DNA of 64,000 nucleotides from NCBI GenBank assembly GCA_036172245.1, contig JAYWIR010000023.1, forward strand, positions 2,418,001 to 2,482,000, in the 5' to 3' direction. Each line of letters begins with the position of its first letter. The stretch's first letter is position 1. The position numbers and the translations under genes were made by a program. The notes beneath the pieces are model-generated. The model was not told the origin of the DNA and did no database searches. It saw nothing but the letters and a program-made list of their open reading frames with translations. This stretch comes from Raillietiella orientalis (taxonomy: Eukaryota). Shown in pieces: positions 12,121 through 26,226 of the stretch.

Positions 12121-13199
12121 AGTCTAGTGTTCTGAATCGATCCAGTGTTCGGAATCTAGGAGGATAAGGACATGGATATTTGCCTACACACAAAATGAAA
12201 ATTTAGCAGCCATCTTGTACAAAAACTGGATCACTTTGGACTGGCCTTTGTTCCCTTGAAGAAAATAGTCAGCACCGGAGGCTATAACAGAGTTCATAAG
12301 CGATGGACTCTGCGTTTTGCGCTCCAGGTTTCTATCTGATTGTTCAGATGAGTTATCAGCACTTCTTGCATCTTTTCCGAGAGCGTCTCGATTTCCGTCA
12401 AGGTTGTCTGCTTTTTTCTAGCTATCTAATTCAATTTTAAATCCAACATTCCTTTAGTTTTCATATCCATGAGAAGATGTTCGATTCATCACTTCGCAAC
12501 CCCAGCACAGATAAGAATAGGCAAGGAGGGGCTTTATCCATAGCTGTAAGCCTTCACCGACAGGTGGCAAGCTAGTCGTGACTAACTGCTTGAGGAATCT
12601 GGAGCTTGGATTGGTAAAGCGATGGGGATGTGAAAATTTGCATGGGTAATTCGATAAGAGTTGTGTGTTAGAAAATGCCAGAGGGTTTCTGAGCACGGAT
12701 ATTTGTGAAAAGGAGAACTACTGAGATCTCCTGGGAACAAAAGAGCACAGGACACGAAAAAGATGATATCCTTGGGCTGGGCAAACTTTGTTACCACTCG
12801 ACTGTTGTGGCACGTTTCAAGCACCTAGCCATCCATAGATTGTAATCGCCATCTGTTGATTTCTAATTTAACTGCGTCGTGAGTATTTTCCCAGTGCATC
12901 TTCCGTTGTCACTCAGGTTTCGTTTGCAAAATTCTTCCAACGTCTTCCCTCTCTCAACTGCGGCATCGGTCGTCGCTTGGACCACGCGCTTTCAGAAAAT
13001 TTCTTACATGAGCACTGCATCTCGCCCGCAACCTCTGATCCATTTTTTCTGAATCTTTAAAAAATCAAACTTCCCCGTTCGCCCATTAAGCCCTGCATCT
13101 TTTCTCAAGCCGACAATCCTCACGAGTGAATGGACTCGTCAAAAGTCGTTCATGGATCATGAACTTTCATGGCTGCTTCCACAAAAAATTAAGTAGGGA

Positions 13200-13560
13200 C
13201 GAATTAGTCGGGTGTTGTCAGGTCTATCCATCTGCAAAGTTGCAGGCTGAGTCTGCACGGCAAGAGTCTCCTGGGGACCTTAACTTCATGGCATGCTGTT
13301 GAAGACGTGTAAGATGGGTGGCGAGACAGCTAAGAACAGAACAACCGGAATCTCTGGATCCCAGCAGTTTGCAAAGGCGAGGTATCCTGAAGTTCACAAA
13401 ATTGTCTTTGAGGAAAAAAGTATTCAACGTATAGCCCAATTTACGAATGATTCTGATCTTTCCTGAGATGCCGAGCACTGCTTTGTACGTTTCACGCATT
13501 GTTCAAGTCCGATCCCTCTGTAGGTTTTCTGTGTCCAACGAAATCTAATCTTGCAAAACT
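13200..13560 (-). mobile_element. Decayed LINE (L2/CR1-group) ORF2 post-RT fragment
   Basis: VLGISGKIRIIRKLGYTLNTFFLKDNFVNFRIPRL...LTRLQQHAMKL follows the LINE ORF2 C-terminal pattern. Confidence 0.45.
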
Positions 13561-14762
13561 CCGATGTGATACTATCGGATAAAGTAAACAAATGCTTCGA
13601 AACGACTCTTCGTTAACTCTTCATGTGATTCGGATGATTCTTGGAGAGCTGAGGTTTCTGAACACGCTTTCCAGTGATGCCCTTTGGCGTTTCTTCCCTT
13701 TTTGTGCGTATAGCGAACTTACATCGAAAATACGTTGGCTACCGATCAGCATTTAACAGATATGCGATGTGTAAGTCTCTTTTTTTTTTTTTTTTTGAGT
13801 GAGAGAGAAAGGAAAGTCTTGACTCACATGACATGCTGCAATACTTTGATCAAGATTCACTGAATGCATTGCACTTTTGGTACTGATCTGTAGTGCGACG
13901 CCAAGAGGACGCTTTGCAGCGTAGCCCAGGTTACCTGAAAGAATGGTGAGCTATTACTGCCGCGCAGTTTCGTGCAAAAAGATACGACCTGTAAGTTAGC
14001 TTGGCCCAAAGTGCGACTTTCTCACAAAGAAGAGTGAGCAAACGCTCACGTATAACAAAGTTAAGCTCTACATGAGGGTGGGTTATAGACGTTGGCTCTA
14101 GAAGATTAGAAGATACTACAGATTAAAAGCGCTAATCGGAAATCCTCACGCTCATGGTTGTCCCCATTCAAGACCTTTCCTAAGTAACGGAGCCGCAGCT
14201 TGCAGAACTCTTTTACACGCTATTTTATTGCTTCGGGATTTCACCTTGAGCCGTGGAAGTCCACAAGAAAGCACTTCTGCAACAGAGCGCAGTTTCCAAT
14301 CCTCAAGCCTTTTGAATGTCTGCCTGCAAAGACGTATTCCTCCACCGAATCGATTTATAAAGCATGAGAACATTTTCGTCAGAGCAGATACATAATTATA
14401 TCTGATACAAATACATTGTGTTTTGTAAATAATCAATGTCTTTGTGTTTCATACTTATATATAATTACATCTGATATAACTACATATGTGGAAAGCTGTA
14501 CGTGGGAAAGAGATCCATGGGAGAAGCTGATTTCCCTATTTGTAATGCGCTTTTGCACCATTACCGGGTAGCTCTTTGAGTGCAGCTAGGTGTTTAAAAG
14601 TCAAGCCAAATTCTGAGATCCTTGTCTCTAGTGCACAGGATGAAGGAATAATGTTTTGCTCAGAAGCTCATGAACTTTTCCCTATTTCGCATTTTTGTTT
14701 CTCGAAACACGAACACGCTTTCTTTTTCGACTCTGCAACTAAGACACTCGATGTATTTTCAG

Positions 14763-14957
14763 GAAGACGTCAACTGGGGATTCGTCGCCATGGTTCTGGA
14801 TCGCTTGTTTTTCTTCTTCTTCATTGCCGTCTCCGCCATAGGCACCACTCTCATCTTGATGGAAGCGCCATCTTTATACGACGACGCCCTCCCTATCGAC
14901 ATCAAGATTTCCATCGTGGCTCAAAAGCTGATGGGAATCACTGATTCGGATCTGTGA
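14763..14957 (+). CDS. nAChRalpha2: nAChR alpha2-like terminal exon (TM4 and C-terminus)
   Basis: Acceptor attttcag|14763, phase 0, consistent with the 6936 donor (7826-nt intron). Encodes EDVNWGFVAMVLDRLF...EAPSLYDDALPIDIK...DSDL then TGA. Candidate AATAAA signals at ~15301, ~15710 and ~15968. Confidence 0.95.
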   Translation, partial: EDVNWGFVAMVLDRLFFFFFIAVSAIGTTLILMEAPSLYDDALPIDIKISIVAQKLMGITDSDL

Positions 14958-17900
14958 CCGCCAGATTAGAAGCCTCTTGGCGCTTACCAAAGTTCCTTCT
15001 ACGAGCACGTGTCTGGAAGGCACCGCATCGCGACCAACCAGCAACCGAGACGTTCACATCACATGAGCACGGAGCCAGATTCAAAGCCCTTTCACAGGAG
15101 GAAAGGAAATCCGATGCGCAGTAACTGTGACAGACGCAGTCGGACCAATGAGAGGGGGGGGGGGGGATGATGCTTAAGTGGGGTCGGACTGTATCATCTC
15201 GAAAATCGTGAAAGAACCAGCAGGAAAACTCTCGCGAAAGTGATGATCGGAAGGAAGAGATGACCACGATCAACAAGGCAAAATGAAGAGACCATTTGCA
15301 AATAAACATGTTCTTCAGGAGACCACGCTTGAGCTGCTGAAATGCTTGGGCACCTTACGGGACGACCAGATCGCGCAACAGAAGAATGCCGCCTCATCTC
15401 TCGAAATTTCAGAAACCTGAAGTGGGCTTCGATCGTTTCGCTCCTTTTATTGGATTAGGCCGTCAGTGAATAAGGGATCAGTGGGAGGACTGTTCATTTC
15501 ATCTTTGTGGTCGTTGGAGTTTGGGAAAGTTCCTGCCTCCCTAGACAGCAGTGAAACATCTTTCAAACTGAATGTGCTTGCGAGGAGTTGCACGGATGCA
15601 ACCTGAAGAGTGCAACACAGAATCCCAAAGTGATTCGAAGGACTCATCTAATACTGCCGCGTAGCACACCTGGCCACGAAGAGCTCTCCGCGCCTCATCC
15701 ATGCTTTGCAATAAATCACATAGATTTGCGGCAGGATTCATCATTTATGGTCACATATATGTTTTCTTGAATGCATTCTTCCTTGCATGCATGGCTTGGA
15801 GGCCACAATGTACCACACGTATGCGTAAACACACACCGGAATTGTGCATCCTTTATTTAGAGCGTCTCTGAGGCAGATGGATGGCTGAGAATTTTCTCAA
15901 AGGTGTTTCTCGCTCTTTGTTACAGACGGCAACACGTGAAATTCATTGAGTACTTCTGATCCACGAAAATAAACCCTTCCCTCGAATGTTGATCTTCTCG
16001 AGCAGTTTCGGGTAATCCGCTTCCCTTTCCTCCCTGCGTTTTGCTTGGGAAGCAACATCGAGGTTGGGAGGCCTACTTGGATCCCATATTCATAAACACC
16101 GTAACTACGTTACCACACTGGAACTTCCAGACTGCCTCTCTTTCCCGTTTTCCCTCAGTTGCTCTGTCTTCTCTGCAGCCCATTCATTCGAATCTCCAAA
16201 AGTACCACTGAATACTTGGTCCCAAATGCATTCCTCATTCTCTTTTCCATGCTGATCCAATAAATCCTACTGTCTTTCTGTTCTCTCTCTATCCTTGCAC
16301 TCCACTTAACATAATGCTAAGAAACGCAAGTAGCCATCATCTTTCAGACGGTGTAAAAGGCCACTGAGACACTTCGTTGAGAAAAAGTACTCAGGTTTCA
16401 AACTCCTCAACAAGATTGCCACGATTTATCCTTTTTTATTAGCTTCCCTCCTAGTAGCAAAACTGACAGACCTCTTATTACCGGGAGTAACGTCTTCCTT
16501 TAATCCTCGAGAAGGTGTCCTAACTTCCTGCTCGTGTCCTGCATCTACCCTGCTACATTGTGGCATTTTACACAGGCGAGGCAGGGCGGGAGAGGAAGAT
16601 CTTATACCGTCTTCCTTATTCCCATGGTATCTTTCGCAACAATTCTGAGGAAACGCCACACTCCACTCGTGGGAAATCCACTAGACTCTTTTGCCTCTGG
16701 GTTTTTTTTTTATTTTCACAAACATTCGCGCTTCAGCAGCCTCTGTCGTTTTCCACCACGCAACTGTTATCGAATTAATCATGCAAACTCTCATGCTCTC
16801 ATCCTTCCACAAATCCATACCAACCCCATCCTTTCATCTGCTCCTTGTGTAAGATTGACATCACTGCTGGCCAGAACCAGCTCCTCCCTTTCCTCAAAAC
16901 GGCATAAATGGCCGGAAAAGAGCGCGACTGGTATTTCTCAGTAGACACGTTAGCAGAGCAATCCGAATCTAATGACTGGTGATGCTGAGCAGTGCTGCCC
17001 TCCAAATGTGTTCCTTCTCTGATGTTGCCTCCTTATAAGCTCTCTCCAAGCTACACTCCTCTGTCAACAGGATATCGATCCAGAGCAGTGCTCCGAATGC
17101 TCAGCAACTTGGTAATTTCATCTTGGTGTCCCACATACCACGTCCTGACCGGTCCATACTCAAGAACCCATTAAACCAGGTGATACGAGAATTTCTTCGT
17201 GAGAAGAAACGTTCGTAGCAGGCTTGCCTTCACAGCAATGAACTCGACCACCACCGAGGAAAGCAGAAATCCCTCATGGAAATTCGATCGGATGGAGGCG
17301 GCGGCCATCCGTGGTCTGAATCGGAGCTTTGAATCACTCCTTGATGGTGCTCAGGGACCAGCGATCATTCTGTCTTTCTGTGTAGGGCCACTCTTCCAGC
17401 TTTAACTGCTCTAGAGAACATCCTCCGATGCAAAAAGGTGAATTTTCTGTAGAAAAGAATCGCGTTTCCAGAAATCGAGTTGATCTCTCATAAACCTTTT
17501 TCCGAAAGATAATCAGTACCTGCAAAATACCCAAACACCTGAAATTCCAGTACATTCTACGGGGTCTTCGATTAAACAGGTAACTACGCTAATATCTAGC
17601 GGCAGAGAAGAACAGTACATCTTGAAGGGAAGAGAGAAAGCTGGAAGAGAAAACAAGGTTCCAAACCTACTCCCAAGATAGCAAAGCCTTTCGTCCTCCT
17701 GAAAATGGTTTTCTTTTCTTTTTTTTTTTTGAACGCGTGAACCTTTTGAAAGGAAGCAGGAGACAGCCTTAAAGGCAGGAGCAAGCCAGAGCAAAGAGGC
17801 AATGTTTTTGTTGCTTTTCTCTCCTCCTTGGGCTCGAAGTACCTGACAGGCAGACAAAGGTCATGGAACTTCCGAAGTTTTGCAGGCGTACAGACTTTCC

Positions 17901-20900
17901 CGAGATAGGGGAATCCATGATCGATGTCAGTGTCAGTGTCGCAGATCGATAGTCCGGGGGAAACGCGAGATGCAGTCGCATTTTGTGCTTTCCTTCGGGT
18001 ATCCGAGCAAGCGGTGACCATTACCAGTTCTCATCCACAGGGGGTGCGGGGAGGGGTTGAGAGTATGGCAGGAGAATCATCTCACCGGGAGCATTTTCTC
18101 CTCGGGGGAACAAGTGGTGAAACACAGAGATCGCGGAGGACGCGTTCAAGCTAAGGAAAACTACCGTGTCAGGACTCGCAGAAGAAATAAGGAGAGAGCA
18201 GATCGCCAGCATCTTCAAAGAGCACAACTTTCAACAGGGTTTCCCCGACTACCACTGATGAAGAGATCACGACAATCTGAAACTCTGGTTTGCACTAGCA
18301 TTTGATAAAACTCCAGAGCCTCAGCAAACGCATCAGTGCTCTGGGAGAATCTCCTTAGGGTAGATCTGAATGGTAATTTCTTCTGCCAAGTGTCTTAAGC
18401 TGCAGCCTGAGGTGGCTTTCTGAATTCTCACAGGAAGCTCAAATGACCTCGAAGCACTGCGTTATGAGAGGGCACATGGGAGAAGGAACGCATGCGGAAG
18501 CTGCGCTAGCAAAGCATCCAATCAAGCACCCGTCTTTTGCTCCTGCTCATATACATCTCACCTGCCCATTTTGCCTTAATCATGCAAAAATTGGCAGACA
18601 AATCTTGCAGTTTTCACGGGTCAAGGAGCATTCAGAGGCCCCAGAAATGGACTATTTCCTTTTACTGCCCGCATTGAAGGAAAAGCATCCCAAATTTGGT
18701 GGGGTCCGTGTGAGTTGTGGGGCTAGTTTTGTTCCCTAGTCGCGATTTCTCAGAGTAACTGGGGGCAGAGGCTGTCTTCAGCACTCCTGCACCAGGATGT
18801 GATCTGTTGTGGCGATTCTTTGCGGGCGGCTGACTCTCGACTGGCTCAGCGATCGCGACGAGATGTTGCGTCCATGCCATCGTCGCGCCTCGCTAAATTT
18901 TACAGATGCGAGCGTAGCGAGTGGAGGTCACCCGCATGGCGGCCGTCTACATGAGGACGTCTGCCAGCCGACCTCAACCGGAAGAGGGGACCAAAACGGA
19001 GATGACCGGTCAAAACGGCATCCAGAACCGGTTCGAGAAGGAACGGCTGAAGTCCCAGTTTCCATCAACTTTATTTTTCTATTTATCGTACCCTACTACC
19101 CGTTCCAAACTTTTAGAGTGACCGGCCTGCGTGTAGTTGGAGCCTCCCCTTGAAATTCTTGTTTTCCCTTGGGAGCCAGCGCGCTCCGAACCTGAGTGAC
19201 CGGGTGATGACTTTCTCGTAGCAACTCAAGTGAACGTTGGCTTCTTTCAAGGCAGCGAGGGCGAAACTCGCGTCTTTCAATTAACTATGGTGGGCCACTC
19301 CTCGGTTCACCAAGCGCGACGACATGTTTCTAACCTGACAGGACGAGCGGAGTGGGTGCAAAAAAGGGAAGCACGCAGAGAGCAGCAAGGGACTACGTTA
19401 TCGCCACATGTTTCGAATCAAAGGAAAAATCTCCAGCTAGCAAATCCAGTAGAATAGCCTTCTGAGCCAGTGACTTTACAATTGCATCGTAAGTGGCCGA
19501 CGCGGATAATCTCAACAGACGCTGGAAACCTCCAGAGTCGCTCTTCCGAAGCAGATTTAGGGAACCTGAGATGGTGGAGACTTTTTGGACGCTTCTGCTC
19601 AGCTTCACATTATGGGACTCGCCGCTATAAGAGTGCCTCCTCACCCATTTAGAAGCAAACAATGGAAATCCACAATGAAGAATTTCTACTCGTAAAATGG
19701 GGTCTGTCGTTGAGGATTTTTAGTCTCAGGGAGCTCCATCTTTAAAGGCATGCACAAGAAGTGTACTTAAATTCGCGTACTCAGTGAATCTTCTTCGTTT
19801 TGTGATTTCAAATCTGCACAGCTAGATTTCCTAAAGCTGTACTAAGTATAAGAAACCGAAAGTTATATTCTCCTTGGACTCCTCAGCGAAGACAACAGAC
19901 AACGTTTACATGAGTTGTCTTGAGAAAGTCATCACCCGGTCACGCCGGGGACATCTGTTCAAATGAAGAAACAGGTTGGGAACGCTCTCGTTCCCAGTGA
20001 CTCGAGGCATCCTTGTGGAAGGAAATGTGTATGCCCAGTTTGCCTCTGATCTGTGTCGGCTATGGAATAACGCATGGGACTGTAGCTTTGGTTGAAAATC
20101 ACGGCATCGAGTGTGCAAATCAAGTCACGCAAGCTGGAAGCTAGCTGCTAGACATCTTAAACCACACTCCGAAACAGAATTTGTGAGAGTTTTGTTTTGG
20201 ATGTTAAGATTGCGAACCCGGACAAAGGTGGGTTTGCTCGAAAAATTAATTTGTCCCTCAAAACTGCATCCGAAAGAATCGAAGACATGGAGACTCATTC
20301 AATCGACAGTGCATTTGAGAAGCTCAAGAATCCTTTTCTTCTCTTTGCTCTTGATGACACATCTGATAACACAAAGCAACAATTTTGATACTGTAAAATG
20401 GAAGAACGGAAGGAAGAACTCTTCTGATCTGGTGGTTGTTACAGATTGTTTTCTTCTTCTGACATGGGATCCTTAAGAAAGCACACACATGCATGCACTA
20501 GAGAATTTCCATGAGAGAATAATCCAGCCAATTTTTGTTTCGGATAGTAAGTTGATGGCGGGAATTCTATTTTGAATGTATGAGCTATTCAGGGTGCAAG
20601 TTCCCTAAACTACAAGAGCATGCCTAGCGTGCTAGATGGTCTTTCGCACCTCTAATGTGCTTCTTTTTTCCACTTGATTTTTGAATGAAGTTCCGTAGAC
20701 ATCAGCAAAACAAAATGAAACATTCAGTTTTTGCCATGGCTTTCGTTCATAAAATGAAAATATTTGTGTACGTGTATTCTGGAAACTTCATTTTGCTTGA
20801 GGAGTCAGAGAAATGTCTTTCAAGTCGAAGAAGCAAATTTATGTGCTCAGTCTTCGATACTTCTGAACTCTTTGATTTCAAGGAGTATGAAGAAAACAGA

Positions 20901-21359
20901 ATTCAAACGCTAATTTATACCTGAAGTGCAACCGGTAGAACAAATGTAACTTCCCAATAAGTCTGTGGAGTTCCTATTTCTTCAAGACACGAAACGAAAC
21001 ATCGATTTTGAAAAGATTTTTCTTCAAATTGTACAGCTGAATAAAAGCACGGCTTAATGTAGCTGTATAAGTAAGGAGAGATGCATGCAAAGTGTGGATG
21101 ACGTTTTCCTGAAAACACGAGAAAATTGACCTTTGGACCTTTCGGACTACACGGAGCAACCGACCGTGAGAGGAAGCTTTTCCTTTGCCATTCACCGTCA
21201 CGGGAAAGCCACGCACGTATGGCTCGTGTTGCTTCACGGTATACATGAAAACTGTTCAAATTAATTGAAAAATCCACAAATTTGAACAGAAATCATATAC
21301 AAATGCATGTCTCTCTACAACTCTACGCTACGTCGTTGATAACGTAATGTGTAACGTGA

Positions 21360-21530
21360 TTATGTAAAATGTGCAACATTATGTTCTAAATATGTTATGG
21401 GGCTAAATATGTTTGATTATGTATTCTAAATATGTTGTTATGTTATTCATTCTATATATGTTATACTTCTAAACAGGTTATTTAGCTAAATATGTTATGA
21501 TTAAAGATATTATTGTTCTAAATATGTTAT
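21360..21530. repeat. Degenerate AT-rich minisatellite (core CTAAATATGTTAT, ~16-25 bp period)
   Basis: About eight copies of ctaaatatgtt or close variants between 21386 and 21530. Confidence 0.8.
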
Positions 21531-22296
21531 CGGTGCTGTCTTACGCAATATTCTCTACTCTGCCAGCCCAGCATCCAACTGAATCTTTCTTTTGCCATGT
21601 CGACTTTGTTTTTAATCCAAGCTAGGTAACTTCCATTACTATTTTCCCATTCAAGTACTTACGAGTGAGAAGTTCCCAATATTCTGATTTTCATAAAAGA
21701 AAGGAAATCATTAGGCCAGAATGAAACTAAAACTTTGAACTAATGATGCTAACTTTCCAATAACTATCAGTTTTAGAGAAGAAACTACTGATACTGGAAG
21801 AGGATCATAATGTTACTAATAATTCTACGAAAGTCAACCTCAATTATGCAAAACCATACTAATTGCAATTTGGAAATTAAAAATATGGAATCCTGGATTA
21901 AATCGACCAGCAAACCAAGTAAACAAGCTACTTTATGCCGTACAAATTGAAGAGAAATTTACAACCTTCTTCAGCTACTAAAAAAGAAGACAGAAAGTTT
22001 TTCGATCAGAAGCTTTCGGGGCCAAACTGGTTGAAAATGCTATGACGTGTAGCTATTTGTCTATATCCGTGATCAGTAGCGGTAAAGAACCTCAAAAGTT
22101 CATTGTGAACTTAAAAAATAACATTGAAAAATGCAGATACTCGTAGAAAATGCTTCAGTTTTTATGGCAAAGAGTTTAAACAAAAACAGAGACCGTTCTT
22201 TATTACAAGGAATTATTTAAGAACCAACAGGTTATATGACAAAAACAAAAGACTGTCTGACTCTCATAATGAGAACCCGTAGTGGTGAGACAAGTT

Positions 22297-23330
22297 TAAA
22301 CTCCTAGTTTAACACCCGGGGGCGCCGGGGTGTTTATTGCCAAAATAAATAAATGTGTAGGGCCATCGGCCCCAAAACGACGGACAATTTTTTGGAACCT
22401 GCCGAGGAGCCGGCATGCAGGCCGGCGAGGTTCGACTCGGCAGAGAAGGGGGAAGGGATAAACAAAAAGAAAAATAAAAGAACACACTATTTACGAAGAA
22501 GGGAGGGTTAGGGAAGGGATCACCGAGTGCTGGAGGGCGTCCTCTGCATCCTTTCCTAGTTCCATCCGAGCATGCCCCGCATGGGGCCATCTGGTTGCCA
22601 TCCTCTGGAAGCCCAGGGCGAAGCAGATGGCATCCCTATCGTTCCGTTTTTCTTGTGCGAAGCTACAGGATGCGACGATCCCGTGTAGGCAGCAAAGAGC
22701 TGCAAGGGATGCGGCAGGCGAAGCGGCATCGTGCACGAAGACGCTCTTGAAAATGTCTCTGGGATGGTCCGTTTGTGCAGCTAGGGCCCGTTGCGAATCG
22801 CACCCATAGGGGCCGGAGGGCAACAGTCAAGCAGGTGCGGAAGGGATTCCCGTTCCCTCCACCTGACACAGTTCGGTCCACAGCTCCCCGGGTCCACTGA
22901 GATCGACGGGCGTTGCTGGGGAGGTCTTACTGCGACACCAGGAATGCCAACTCCCGCCACTTCAGGGGGAGGGCCCGGTTGTTTTTCAGCGCTGGGGGCC
23001 ACTCGAGGTCTTCCAGCGGGATTCTCAGCAGCTCGCCCCAGCGCAATAGTCCTTTTGGTGGGGAAATTGGAGTCACAGAGTCATCTAGCCCGTGGTCCAA
23101 ACACCTAATTTCTTCGTCCGAAGACCTATTTTGCAACTGACTTCCCATTTGGCCAGGTTCTCCCTGAGAGAAGGCAGCGCTGCGGCTAGGGAGTTTCTTT
23201 CAGCCCACGCACGCGTGGTAGGTTGCACGATGACGTCCTGTAGCGAGCGGTTGTTGTTAAAGGAGCGCAACTGTTGCTGCCGCATCTCCGGGCTCGCTTC
23301 CATGTTCTGGGCCCATGTGCCAACGGTTTC
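22297..23330 (-). mobile_element. 3' fragment of an L1/Tx1-like non-LTR retrotransposon (zf-RVT region plus structured 3' UTR)
   Basis: Across frameshifts: EWPPALKNNRALPLKWRELAFLVSQ-DLPSN...PNCVRWRERESLPHLLDCCP, a degenerate zf-RVT/CCHC motif. It is a GC-rich block in an AT-rich context, with AATAAA at ~22338-22333 on the minus strand. Confidence 0.55.
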
Positions 23331-26226
23331 CTATAACCAGACACTACCGTTCGAGGGCTTTAAGCTCCTAGTGGTGCATCTCTCTCAACTATCGACGATA
23401 TGAAAGCTACCATCAGTTACAAAAGCAAATAACGTCTTATTTGTTTTTGTAAAAAAAAATCCTTTTTCCAGACGCTTTTTCAAGTGTCATTCCTAGGAAT
23501 ACTATATCTCAGAAAACCTCGGCTTGAACCTCTTGCTTATGTTAAATAAGACCTCCGATCATCTCACGAACTCGTGGTTTCTCAAAAATGTTTACTTGTC
23601 TTCCTGGCACTCAATAAAACTTTGCTATAATAATCTATGAATCGAACTATAGTTACACTTAGTCTGTCATTACTATTGTGAGTTCATTAAGGAACGAGCA
23701 ATGAATGAAAGCCAAAAAATCTGAGCATGGTGATATAAATAAATAGCTTCGTAGATGGTTGATCGTTTTTCATCTTTCTGGGATGAAGTTGCGCATACAT
23801 AAAAAATGGCTTCTCGACTTTTAGGCTAACATCAATATAAAAAAAATGGCAAGTTCCCGAAAGTGTCCTGAAGATGTCAGTGACTCAAACGCATGAGACT
23901 ATGTTGTCCTGAAAATTTAAAGGATGAGCGACCAACTGAAAAAGATGGTTGTTAATAGGACACAGATGGACTGGAATTGCGTTCTACGGAAATAACCGTC
24001 GAATGAAAAATCAAAATAGCTAAAAATAAGGGGAAAAAGTCAAACTGTTGAAATCCCACATCTTTGTAAATCCCATAATCCCACTCTTTGTAAGAGAACC
24101 GGAAGTTTTCCCCGAAAATAATCCAAACAGTAAACATAGCCATGAATAATAGAGCAAACCAATGATAGTATCAACCTTAACAGAAGCTGAAGTCACAGAA
24201 AAAAGTTATGGAGCAATCTTCAGATGAAACTGTTGAGGTCACTGAAAAAACACAAGACCATCTTACGTCTCGACTTTTGATGTGTGTTCTGAAGTATCCT
24301 AAACAAATTCGGATAATTCCCCCACCAAAATAAAGCCAATCGACTTGACCTGCAGTTTTCAGGAATAAAACCATGATATCAAGTGAGAAATCACTTTGAC
24401 TGCATACTCACAACACATCTGCGTGTGAATCTCAGAGATCAAACTATCAGAGATTCCCAAAGATCGAAAATAAAATCCACGCTTATACAGAAATAACTTC
24501 AGATAAGGATATTCTTGTGCACTTGTTCATCAAGAAATGTGGATGGAAGCTGGGAGTATTCAATTCTAGAGAAAACCGCTAATAACCTATTCGAATGATT
24601 GAAACCACGAACTCCACAAAGTGCTAAGAGTCCAATTATAGCAAGTGCAAAGATTTTTGCAAAGTGAATCGATATCATTCTAGAGTGAATGCTACTAATA
24701 CAAGGAAAATATTTAGTTTGGGGATGAATCTCCAGAATTCTGCATGATTTTGATAAAGGCACGAAAGACCGGGAGAAAGCTGAAGATCGGCTCAAGATAC
24801 ATGGAAAAAGCACTTCAACACCTAAAGGAGAATCCAATTAAAACATTAATATTAACATTGGCAACTGATGTTGGTTTTTAAGAATGAGAAAGATTTCAAA
24901 GATAAAAATGGGAATTGTGCGAGCATCCAAACCATAATAATGAACATCTTGAAGATCTTTATCATCTTTACCCCTGACTGCAGTCAGCAAGTTCCACAGA
25001 AAAGAAAAAAAAAATAGGAACGTTCGATGTAGTAATAAGTAAGCATTGCATAAATCATAAAAATAAAGAAAAGGAAAAAAAAGAAAGCACTTCACGAGAG
25101 CATGTTTGAATTAAAAAAAGGCCGATTTGGCCTAGGGCATGTCTACTTAAGAAAAAGCAAAGCAATAACTAAGAGAACAATAATTATTTCCATACCAAAT
25201 AAACATCAAATCTATCATCCATGTAATGATGAAGTTACCTAGCATGCCAAAATCCAAAGAGCTTTTTTCTACACACTTTCCATGGGAGAAAAATTCCAAA
25301 TATAGGCGAATTCATAAGTGCAATAAAGCGACTTTAGGTGACTTTCTATATGTCGAGCTACCTCGGACAAAAGGTTAACCTATCCCCCCACAATGCAAAA
25401 AACTGGAAGAATAATGAAACCGTTAGGGTCTCAATCCAAATCCACTATACACGCATATACTGAACGGATCATATTCCCGCAGCTTGGAAAGTTCACGCTC
25501 CTTAGTAGTAAATACACAAACTCCTCAGTACACACAAAGACAATTACGCATAGGAAGAAGTAAAAACGAATTAGATAGGATTCGAACTTTAAAGTAACTC
25601 CTGAAAAAAGCCTGCTGTTTCATTGTATGTTTCCACACTTTGCCTCATACTGCATTGCGCTGTCGTTTGTCTTCCTTGTGAAACTTTTTTGTCTTTTGGA
25701 AGCAGGAATTAAAATGCCACTTGTCAAAAGTCACCGTACAGTCATTATACGATCAAGCAACATATATTTCTAAGGATTTTTTTTTTTTGGCAAATGAATC
25801 ATTTGCACCCGAATGGGTCAACTATCTTCGCTGAAGTACCTATAAGTTAATCAAATAATAGAAATCCCAAAACATGTGCATGGTATTGAAATGAATTTGC
25901 TTGATCCTAAAAAGCTTTCTTATCCAACAACAGCAGAACTAACAAACTGCAGTCAGTTTTCGCGCAATAACTATCACATTTTTATGATCCTCAAGAGTTT
26001 AATGGATGCTGCTTTCAGTTTCAAGGAAATATCTTCATAATTCAAACACTCAATGCATAAGCAATCAGATTAAGATTTTATTCCTGCACAGAACATAGCT
26101 AAATCTGGCTAACACTTATGCAATTTTATAGTTTTTACCATGTTTGCTCTTGTTAACCCATACATGGTACATTTATGCATGTTAAGAATGTTTTAGTTTT
26201 AGTTCAGCATAAAAGGATACTATTTT

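Noticed and set aside
18235..18290. Hammerhead-like CTGATGA...GAAA core
   Set aside because: Stem III can form, but stem I cannot and stem II is only ~3 bp. Other CTGANGA hits (29312, 60135, 62976) also lack stems.
23952..25600. Hydrophobic minus-strand ORFs as a multi-pass membrane protein gene
   Set aside because: No phase-consistent exon chain could be built. The plus strand shows weak LINE remnants (ITSDKDILV, HIPAAWK), so these look like antisense T-rich artefacts.
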